A DNA stretch of 64,000 nt from Blasia pusilla (Eukaryota): NCBI GenBank assembly GCA_050084515.1, contig CM114271.1, positions 2,976,001 to 3,040,000 on the forward strand, in the 5' to 3' direction. A program made the translations under genes and the position numbers. Positions 41,151 through 51,910 of this stretch are shown here, piece by piece. The notes below the pieces were generated by a model, which did not search any database, was not told where the DNA came from, and saw only the letters and a program-made list of their open reading frames with translations. Numbering within the stretch: the stretch's first letter is position 1; every line of letters starts with the position of its first letter.

Positions 41151-43024
41151 GCAAGTAGTTCTTTGTGGTATCATGATCTAGCTCACTCATAATTCTTCAA
41201 CAAAAAACCTAGATGAAAAATTCAAAAACTCCTGGTTGGCCTAAATACTATCACAAGTGCCAAGTCCCACTTCAACTCACAAAATTGGCTTCAAACGAGA
41301 AGACCTACCAAGTTGCTCTACTCCAACGCCACCAAATAGGGCCACAACAAAAATGAGCACAACAAGGGAAAAGTCTACCACTCAGGTTCTCCCTACAAAA
41401 GCCTGTCGCCATGCATATCTTCTCGTCATGTAGTCTCTCCATCCTCACATATGAGTACTAAAATCTGACGCTATATGCTTTTCTAGAATAGGAAATAGCA
41501 GCATGGATAAGAGCCAATGCCTTCCTCAAACTTGGTGAGGAATCCTCACCAAGAACTATGTCATCTGAATCATGGCAAAGATGAATGGTAATGATGTCTG
41601 CAACATCCATCATCAGCCAAAGAATGATGGAATAGCGATCCTCATGCCTACATACAAAATCGGAGAAGGTAACATATAGATGGCGCACCTTCGTATGAAA
41701 GCACCAATTCTCTACTCGTTTGTGCCAAGTCAAGTACCAATAGTGGCGTGCATGTAAGCTACATATCATGACTTGCAATTATGAAGGGAGACGTTGGATG
41801 TGTTGGACCAGCGTGCGCACTCTTTGGTTACCATGTAAGTATTCGTGGATTTCAATACCTAGATCAGGTATTGGCTGGCCATGTGTGTTCATCCTTCACA
41901 TAAAAAGCAAAGCCCTTTGAATAATACTTTTACTCCTTAGGAAATCTGGATGGCCAAATGACTTGTCCACTTCACAGCAGTCACTCTAAATTTTCTCTCC
42001 TTCAATAACCTGTTAGATAACATACAATCAATGGTTCATGATCTGCTTTTAATGGTTCTGTTATAACATTGTGAATTGCAACCAAGTAGAATTATCTAAA
42101 GCAACCAGCTACTAGTTTTGGTAGATCTTTAATCTTCTGAAGTGACAGATTTTAGCTTTAAATCAACACACTAATCCATATTTGAGATCACTAGTGTATG
42201 TGCATACAACTATAGTAGTATAAAGCATTCTACTAGTTCAGGAGTATAACAACTCAATTCAGCTAACAGCTCCTCTAGTTCATGAATGTAGACCCTAAAC
42301 CATTATGATACAAACTCAATTGCCAAATTACCGACAAACTTTCTTGCAAACACGAAAATTCTGATTCATCCTTGCAAAGAAAACAAGAATCCCAATGTGG
42401 AATACCTTTGTTGTTTTTGTCTCCTAGTGTGAACGCAATGTTTGTTTAAACCATTGAGGAGTTGTTGACATTAGGAAATGATAGCAAAGAGTTGCGTTCT
42501 CAACATATTCAAAAGTTAGGCATTGAGCAACGAAAGCTACGGTTGATGGAACTTCAATCTAAAATCCAGGATGAAGTTAAAGAGAAGCAACAAGAGATTA
42601 TGGCTATGGGAGAAAGCGCCAATTTGCAAGTTTGCCCATCTGTGTGAACGGCAATGGGCAGATCTCGCCAGGCATGTCATGATGATGCAAAAGAATTAGA
42701 GAGAAATGTTGCGCACCAATGTCGTAATGTGGCTTGTCAACTTGCTCTACCTGATTGAGGTGTGAGTTTAGTATCTAGTTCTTTAGCCCCTTCATTGACT
42801 GGAACCTGAGTATTGGCCAAACCAAAAAAAGACAGTTCACAAGTAGCAGGATTATCTGTGAGAATACCTTCTACTGGGAAGGAGGGAGAAGCCCTAGTGA
42901 GTAGGGAGACAAAGAAGATCCAAAGTCACCCATCTACTGTGGATGCCAACATTCTTAACCAACAAGATAAGTCACAATTGCCTTAGACTTGACTTTCTAT
43001 ATCTATTTGGTCAACCGGAACTAA

Positions 43025-44518
43025 AGGTCTGTGAATTCATGGCGAGGCAGAATCATGTTCAGATTGCTAAGTTTCTACATATTGCTAGGTAAAATCACAC
43101 GGCACTAAAGACCTCTCAGATCCTTGTTGTTTCCGGTACTTTCTTTTCAAACAGTTGTGATTTTTTCCAAACCTTAGTCCTATTGCCATGTGGGATCCCC
43201 GTGCACACTATCTCTATTCATTCATTTATTAATTCTCGTAGGTAAATTAGAGAGTGTTTTGAAGAGCTTCCTGGTCGACACTTGGAAGCTCTACACCAAG
43301 TGTATGGTCAGAACTCATACTATATGAGAGTGTGTCCCTCCTCTCATATGGTACCTTCTTCACTTGTTAATGTCTGCACCCATCCCAGTCTCAACAACAC
43401 TCAAACCAAGGGCCCAAGTCCATGGTGACAAGGCTACTGCAAGCACTACTTAATGAGTTGTCTCTCTCTGAAAAGTTTCGTCATGCATTATAGCTAGATT
43501 TAGGTAGAAGTCAACTAACCTTGAGATTGAGAAAGAGAAATTCTTATAGAAGAAAAGAGAGGACTGGAAAGTGTGGCTGATATATGTAGTCTCCATGTCT
43601 TCTATCTGATACATGAAGCTCTATTTCATCATATATGCCGGTTACACATCTCTGTCTAGGCGCTTCCGTCAATTTGTCATCACCCTATTTAAAGATCCAT
43701 CACATTCATTTCTGCATTATAGCAGCTACAACAGTAGCAAGTGCAACAAGAGAACCAGAAGTAGCATGTGCAACAACAACAAGAGGAGCTACAACAGCTA
43801 CAGGAAGAGCAATTGGTGCAACAACACAAAGTGAGGGCACAACAACATCAACAAAAACAACAAGGAGCCGAGCAACAATCTTCAAAACAGAAACAACAAC
43901 ATCAACCAGAACCACCTCTCCAAGAGAGCATGGGATTTACTAGGCATCAACTTGAAGGTCTGTGAATTTGTGGCTAGGCAGAATCATGTTTTGATTGCTA
44001 AGTTTCTACATATTTGTGTGAAGACTAGGTAAAATCACATGGCACGGTACCTTGCTTTTATTTCTTTTCAAACTGATGTAATTTTTTCAAAACTTAAGTC
44101 CTATGGCCATGTGGGATCTCCGTGCACAATATCTCTATTCATTCATTCATAAATGCTCCGAGGTAAAGTAGATAGTGTTTTGAAGAGCTTCCTGGTCGAT
44201 ACTTGGTAGCTCTACACCAAGTGTATGGTTAGAACTCACACTATATGAGAGTGTGTCCCTCCTCTCATATGGTACCTTCTTCACTTTTTTTTCCTGCACC
44301 CATCCCAGTCTCAAGTACACTCAAACCAAGGGCCCAGGTCCATGATGACAAGGCTACCACAAACACTACTTAATGAGTGTCTCTCTCTGAAAAAGTTCCG
44401 TCATGCATTATAGCTAGATTCAGGTAGAAGTCAACTGACCTCGAGATTGAGAAAGAGAAATTCTTACATAAGAAATGAGAGGATTAGAAATTCTGGCTGA
44501 CATATGTAGTCTCCATGT
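43025..44518. repeat. Dispersed direct repeat, ~570 bp (43025-43598 and 43955-44518)
   Basis: Both copies run from 'aggtctgtgaatt' through 'gaagagcttcctggtcga' to 'atatgtagtctccatgt'. Confidence 0.9.
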
Positions 44519-44569
44519 AGGGTGACATGGTATCCTCATCTGTGAGATTACCTTCTACTGTAGCAAAAA

Positions 44570-45105
44570 TTTATACAACATAAGCAACTCTTACAATAGC
44601 ATCAACAACAACAGTTGTTATAGCTCCAACATCATAAGAAGATTTTACAACAAAAATAACACCAATTACAGTAGTAGCAGCAATTACAGCCATACTAGAT
44701 GCAATAGCAAAAACACCAACAACAGGAGCTACAGTAGCAGAAGCAACAATAGCAACAACTTTTACTTCAGCAGCAGGAACAGTAGTAGCAATTGAAGGCA
44801 AAACAACAACAAAATCAACAAGTAGCCCAATAGCAACTTCTAACAACAACAAAAACAACCACCACCACCAAAGATTTTACAACAAAAACAACACAATTAC
44901 AGTAGCAAATGCAACAATAAAAACACCAGAAGCAAGAGCTATAGCAACAAGAACAACAACAAGAACAACAATAGCAACAAGTTAGAGCTGATAAAAGTTG
45001 TTGCTATTGTTGTTGTTGTTGTTGCTATTGTTGCTAATGTTAACAAAGTTGTTGCTATTGTTGCTATTGTTAACAAAGTTGTTGCTATTGTTGTTGTTGT
45101 TGCTA
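44570..45105. repeat. (CAA/AGC)n-rich tract followed by its complement (TTG)n, forming a foldback
   Basis: 'aacaacaatagcaacaa gttagagctgataaaag ttgttgctattgttgtt', centred at ~44988. Confidence 0.8.
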
Positions 45106-48100
45106 AGAAGCAGATCTACTCTTACCTTGTTTACTTCTTAATATGCAACTTATGGTTGTGTGGTATATTTGTAAAATCTGTGCTGCCCTTCTGAATCCTG
45201 AGTATCGAAATTGGAAATACATCTTGCCAAAATTGGTGAATACATCTTGCCAAAATTGTGGCTGCTTCCAAGAGTCGTATTGTTTTACTACAAGAAATCT
45301 GAAATGTAGAGACATACTTGTGGATGCAAGCTACAAATGCATCATGAAATTACTGTACACCTACTCTAAAATTTCAATCGGGCCAATTCTCAAGTCCCTA
45401 ATAGTAATCGATCCTTATCTTATTTCCGGCTCTATTGTAAACACAACACCACAATCAAATTCCTATCCTCCACGAGTTCATACCCTAGTGTTTGGAGAGA
45501 TCTCATCTCAGGGAGATGATTTTTATAGGACATTGGTGGAAATGGAGAGCTACCACCAACAAGTTGCAAATCCTTCTCTTTCTGCGCAATGATGCCAGCG
45601 ACACCCACAGCTCAAAATCCCAATCTTCAAATCTCCCTCCGAAATTGCAATCTGCAGCTGCTTCCAATGTCTCACTCCTAAACCCACTCTTGCTTAGTCC
45701 AACTTGTGCTCTCCTAAACTGGCATGCTCTCTCTTCCTAGAGCCTTTGCTCTATGCCTTAGGCGATCAAATGCTCCTTTCTCTGCCGCCTTTGCTCGCTT
45801 CCTTGGCTCTAGCGACCTACCTCCGAAGCTCCCTCAAAAACTTAAGTCCTTGGCTGCTTCCAAGAATCAAAGCTCCCTAAAAAACTCTAGTGTGTGGCTG
45901 CTTCCAAGACTTGATGTTGCTCGAAAACTCCAATGTGCGGCTGCTTCCAAGACAATGACTCACTCCTAACCTGGATTTGTGCCTCATCCAACTCCTGCTC
46001 ACCTAAACCCGTGCGGTCTCTATTCCTCGAGGCCTTTGCTCTCTACCTTAGGCGATCGATTGCTCCTTGATCCCCCAACTTTGCTCTCGGTCTTGATCCT
46101 TGCCTCAATCCTGCCCTCTAGGTTAGCCTTGATCTTGATTTAGTTTTGGTGTAAACAATAGTTCTTCGGATCGTGCCTTAGGAACTCCTTCTTCAGAGTA
46201 TAATCAAATTCTTTCCTTTTCCTTAGTGAAAATCTCTCTAAGCTTTCTTAGTGAAGGAGGAAAAAAATATTATTATTATTATTATTAATCTAAAATCCAT
46301 GTCATCTATCATTAACTCATAATCTAAACTCACATGACTTAAAATGACTAAGGAGGAATCCAAAGTTATTCAATGATTCAATCTTATTCTTATATGAGAG
46401 AAATAGTATAGCTTTATGCTTTAAAATGACTCAATAGTTTGGAAGTCATTTTGTGATATGACTCAGCTATACGTCCAATTTCTACAATGACTCGGTCATA
46501 TTGCAATAAGATTACACCATAACAAGTTGATGGAAAGATATGACTACTATATGACTAGTGGGCATTATAGTCATACATGCTAGCGGCGTAGGGAAGTGAA
46601 GTGAAGTAAAGTGAGGAGGCAATTGGAAGTTCACTTCCCATTCCGCTCTTCAAATGTGGGTCTTCTCTACAAGGAGGTGGAGAGGAGGAAGGAGGTAATC
46701 GGAACTCTAGTTCATTCCCCTCCTGAATTGTGGTGTGTCTTCTCTACAGGGAGGTGGAGATGACTGGAAGGAGGCAATCAGAATTCTAGTTATGATTCCG
46801 CTCCTCATTTGTGGTTTCTCTTCAGAGAGGTGGAGAGGATAGTGAGGGAAATCACAACTCAAGTTTTGATCCCCTTTGGAGGGGCCCAAGAAGTGGGGTC
46901 GGCGTGACTCTCAATTTCAGCACGGCGTTCAGAGGAAGGAGAGGAGAATAGGAAGTGAAGTTCCTATTCCGCGGCCTCTCAAGCGGGGCGCGGCTCTTCT
47001 TCTAGCGTGGCGAGGGAGGAAGGAGAAAGAATTGGAACTGTAGTTCCAAACCGCGGAGTGTCAAATGGGCGCAGCTCTCCCTACCAAGGTGTGGCACGGC
47101 GTGTGAAGCAGAGAGGGAGGAGTGAGCAATTGGAACTGAAGTTCCAATTGCGTCATTCTTTTGTGAGGTCAGGAAGGAAGGACTGAGCCAAGAGCATTCG
47201 GAACTGAAGTTCAATGCAACACTCTTTCAGGCAAAGGATTTTCAGACGTCCAAGTTATGGGCAAGTTGGCAAAGAGGCGCAACAATCAGAACGCAACTTC
47301 CCATTGGGATCAATCCGTCACCCTTCTCTATCCCGAGGTAGTCTCTTTCGGTGAGGGCGAGAATCGGAACTGAAGTTCCAATTCCCACCTTGGTCTCCCC
47401 TTAATCCGGAGTTTGTAGTGCGGCGCGAATCAAAACTAAAGTTCCCATTCACATGTGAGTTTGACATAGCAAAGCGTGGCAGAGAAGTGAGTGGGAGGCA
47501 AGGTGGGTGAATCACCGGTATTCTTGGTGTTTAGAGGCTTCAAAGGTGCGAGTACGTGGGCGTGAGAGGCGTCAAAGGCGTGAGGCGCCAACAAGCAAGC
47601 TCGCTGGCGGGCGTTAGGACTTGGCAAGCTGATGCTGATCCAATTCAGCATAACTTCCAAGTCACCCATCCCTGTTCTATTCCTCCAGAGTGTGCTTAAT
47701 TGGAGAGTTCTTTTGCATGTTGTGTTACCAACACACCCACAAGGAAGTGTTGGCAAGTTATTGCACACAAGGGGATTTATTCACTTACCTTGCTGCTTAT
47801 GGAGATGTTTGAGGGGTGATTTTTGGGTGACACACATTGTGGATTAGTGCGTTGGTGAGTGTACGGCACTACCGCGACTATTGTAGAGAGCTTGGTGGGA
47901 TGAATGTATACCACACAAGTCGGGAGTGACTTAGTGTGCGGGCTATTTGCCGAGTGTTGATCTCAAGTGAGATAAGTGGGGACGTGTCCAAAATTTGGGC
48001 ATTGTCTAGTGCAGAGCTAGTGGCTCGGGAGTAAGTAATAGTAGTTTGCAGGTTTCACCACGACGCATCCACCGAGTATTGGGGAGCGTGGTAGTGGTAA

Positions 48101-50960
48101 AAGTGGCAGAGGATTTACATGGAGTGGGGCTAGGTATCGAGGGTTTCTACATGAGGAACCACCTTAGCCGCCCGTTGAAGTTACTCTAGAGGTGATGTCA
48201 GCGGATTCTGAGTTACCTGAGAGGCCACGGAGTGTCGTGAGTGTCGCCACACGGTTGTTGTGGGACATGGATGATCGCAATACGTGTCTACAAGGGGACT
48301 CCGATGGTTCTCAAGCATGGTGGGAACCATCGAGTTGGATGATTTTATGGAGGAGTTTGATAGTTGGTGCAATGCATGGAGGACGCGGAATCAGCAAATA
48401 GTCGACCCCTTTATGGATTGGAAGGGACTTTTTCAGCATTTGGAGAGCCCTCCCATGGATGATTATCATGAGTTTTGAATTCTCCATGAGGCGGAGATCT
48501 AGGCGTGGAGACTATTTTGGTCTCCAAGATATGTGTCTCTCACAAGGCGTGCGATGTATTATATGGCGGCTGCAGTAGCACCCACTAACCGCACGGAGGA
48601 GACACTTGGAGGAGTTGTCGACCTGAGTCTTATGAGTATTACCAACCAGGTACCACCCGTGTTCAACCCCTTGGTTGAGTTCTTCCGAGAGTTGGGGAGG
48701 AACGCTCAGGGGGTGAGGACCGACAAGCTGAAGTCGATTCATGAGTTCCAGCGGAGAGCGGGAGACTTAGGGTTGATCACAACGACTCAGGAGTGTGACG
48801 GAGGTACAAGCGGTGTAGTTCTGGTATGCAATGCTAGACCGTGAGTTTCGGAAGAGAGTGTGACATGCAACTCTCTTACATGTTGGTTTTCCTACTCTCA
48901 AGTCTATATTTTTGTTGGCGGAGCGGATTGAGATCAACTTACTTGAGGAGAGAGTTTTGACGACATGCGTGTCATCTTCAAGGGAGACGACACAAGTGAC
49001 GGTATCTCCATCAATACCGCAGCGCACTACTTGAGATAGAGTCATGGGACCGAGGGCTACGGGAGCATGGGCCACGACCAGTTCAGTCATACGCTTGGCA
49101 GCAGGGCTCACATATTTCTTGTTGGACGTGTGGAGGATCACATTGTCAGTGAGATTGTAGACAACAAAGTGGAGAGCAGGCAGCACCAATAGTTGTTTAT
49201 GATGCGGCCCAGGGGAGGCCACCCTTACCTTCGTGTGATCATTTCCAAAGATATGGGCGCACACGTGAGAGATGTTTCAAGCTCCACCCCAAGCCCTACG
49301 CCTAGAGGGAGGTCGAGGATCTGGAGGTGGCAGAGGACGAGGTGTAGAGGGTCGAGGACTTGGTGGAGGCAGGACCCCAACACCTTCTTGAGCGAGTGCA
49401 ACACTTGCATCATAGGCAGCTTTGGCGAGGATTTCTCAGTTGGAGCAACGCTTTTAGGCTATTACGGCCTAACATGCATCTACTTCACGTGCAAGGGGCG
49501 CGTCGACTTTTGGATATGATCATGCCCTTGATATGGCGGTAGATCTAGGAGGTATGGGATTTTTGTGCAATAGCGCACAAGTGGATCCACATGCAGTGGT
49601 TATGACACGCGCGGTGAGTGCTTCTGAGCCACAAGGATCCGGTGTGGAATTGGATTCCCAGGGGGGAGAAGCTAGTAGGCAGGCTAGACTTCCCCAATCT
49701 TTCACATTGTCATAGGCCCTTCACACCCCATTGATGGTCCCTAGACAGCCTTTGAGGAGCGTTGTTGTCGCATATGCCAATGTTCTTAGAGGAGCGGGTG
49801 AGGCAAGTACGTCTACTAGGCCTATGCAACATTCGACACCGCCTAGCACTGGCATGTTACGAGAGATGGAAATGGCTTTGTATAGCATCCCACTATTCAC
49901 AGTCAAAGATTTGTTGATTGTTTATGGTTGGCGGTTCGATAAACATACGATACGAATGTTTATTGGTTGGCGGCGATGCTCTATGAGAGCGATGAGTTTG
50001 GTTCTTCTAGTGTTGAGACTTGCACAAAAGATGTGGCACAGGCATCCTTGGAGGAGGTGCTCGGGATGAGGCCCAGAGATAGTTGGCAAGCAGCAGCGGC
50101 TAGAGTGGCGGAGTTGCTAGCTAGACCTGCTATAGAGTGTGCAACTGTCTCACCAAGAGTTGTTGTGTTGGACAACCGAGATGAAGTTTTCCAGTTGGTT
50201 GGTCCATCCGGAGTCGTGTATCGATCGTAGAGAGTGCGACTTGATTCAAGAGCACAACCCCTTATGTTGGGGAAGGCAACCTATGTAGCGATGGGATTGC
50301 GTAAGTGTGAGATCACTCCATGTCCATTCCAGATTCAGACTTCACTAGGAGGCACATTCCCGACACAGTTCATGACTTGCAATGAGATTGCAGTGAGGAT
50401 TCGGCCCGATCATCTTACGGATAGCGCGATGGTGCGGACGCGAACGATTGTGACACCCACCGAGTCTTATAATGTTTTGGTAGGGGCAAGGGTATTGTAT
50501 CCTCTAGGGTTCACACTTGACTTTTGGGAGGAGACAACCTCCTATCAACCAGATTGGTAGTCATGTGAGGGACGAGCCAGTCAGCTACCCCTGCAGTATG
50601 CACGGAGACTTGATAATTCACTCCAAGGGTCGACCACAAAAAGTTGCTGCTTATTGTGGCACATTATGTTGGATTGGAGATTAAGTGGAGGGGAACTGCA
50701 ATGTAGAGGATATTGTTGTAGAGGATAGTGCTAAAGAGAGGCATGCGATGACGAGCATGGCTACATCTATTGGCGATACTTCTTCAGCTTTGTGAGGGAC
50801 GAGCATCGATTTGCAGAGGAGAGTAGATGAGCTCGTGAGGAAGACATGGAGCCGAGCCTATGCTCTAGAGCAAGACGGGACAGAGTTACCACCTGCTCTA
50901 GGAGTGGAGACGTTGATAACCTTGGACACCACACCGATTGTGTGGCAGTATCCCGAGGAG

Positions 50961-51910
50961 GGTGTACATAAACTTGATGTCTTTGGAGGGATTAGAACAT
51001 CATTGGGTGCAGTGTTGCAAGCCGGAGTACAAGTATAGTAGTACTTTTATGTTGAGAGAGATGAGATTGCATGTAGAGTCTCATTACATCATGTGTTGAG
51101 ACTAGTCCAACAGTATCCTCAATTATTGCCAGTGTCTACGGTCAGGGGATATCAGCATTTATTTAAGGCGGACATTTTGTTGTTGGGGGCGCCAGATATG
51201 GATAGGGTTGGTCCGATACACTTGGTGGTGGCAGGGTGGCCATGTCATGGTCATTCTTTGGCGGGTCGGGGACTTGGTTTGCAAGACCCGAGGTCGGCTA
51301 TGTTTTGGGAAATATTGCGAGTTCTATGATGCTTGCAGACTACCCGGCGATGTTCTCTAGCTTAAATTTTGGAGAACGTCCCATTGTTAGGTGACACTTG
51401 AGCGTGAGTGATGGCGAGTGTAATCAAGTGCGGTCATGGATAGGATCGGCAGTGATGTTGGTTGCGGCGAGTATTGGATTGCGCGCACACCGTCCACGAT
51501 TGTGGTGGATCAACCTTTTACCATATGAGTTACTCAGACAAGCTCATGATGGAGTCGAGAGACCATCACTACTTACAGTGGATGCAGTCTTGGATCCAGA
51601 GCGGCGAGCTTAGGTTGTTACTTGTAATGATGTACCACCGTTGGCAATGGCCAATCAGGTGGACCAACAGAGGGCATCATTGCCTACGTTGGTGAGTTTC
51701 TTGTCATCTCATGTTTTTTTGTTAGGGAGGACCAAGCATGATATGGGATGAGCAAGCACGTACACAGGTGGAGCCCAACGCCGACGAGCGAGAGGGAGCT
51801 ATGGGGTTCTCTATAGGTACAACGGGGGTGCCTATGATGCATATTGCAAAGGCATCCTGCATACAAGTATTGGGTCAGGCTATGGACTTGAACTATCTTA
51901 CTTGGGTGTT
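50961..51910 (+). pseudogene. C5-cytosine DNA methyltransferase domain (DNMT3-like motifs) embedded in Gypsy pol
   Basis: Motifs in canonical order: I 'LDVFGGI', II 'YVERDE', III 'ADI', IV 'LVVAGWPC' (PC at 51240-51245), V 'DPRSAMF', VI 'ILENV' (ENV at 51372-51380), VIII 'AHRPRLWWINL', IX 'EREGAMGF', X 'LGQAMDL'. Confidence 0.9.

Larger units (their letters stand above)
30904..46560 (-). mobile_element. CACTA/En-Spm DNA transposon, degenerate; right boundary approximate
   Basis: Left end reads CACTAGAACAAAT. Subterminal ATGACT(C/G)AGTCAT palindromic repeats occur at ~31000-31700 and ~46310-46570. Internal TnpD and TnpA-like coding remnants are present. The right end matches only CTAGTG at 46555-46560. 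Confidence 0.8.

Noticed and set aside
43635-44858. Thr/Ala/Gln-rich or Val-rich ORFs resembling mucin or membrane proteins
   Set aside because: They are artefacts of the CAA/AGC repeat tracts.
46551-46560. Definitive right terminal inverted repeat of the CACTA element
   Set aside because: Only 6 bp (CTAGTG) match the left end and the 3-bp flanks differ (tga versus ggc), so it is kept only as an approximate boundary.
50961-51910. DNMT as a host DRM/DNMT3 gene or a bacterial restriction-modification gene
   Set aside because: It is intronless, sits between protease and RT largely in the RT frame, and is decayed like the rest of the element. It has no UBA/PWWP domains and no restriction partner.
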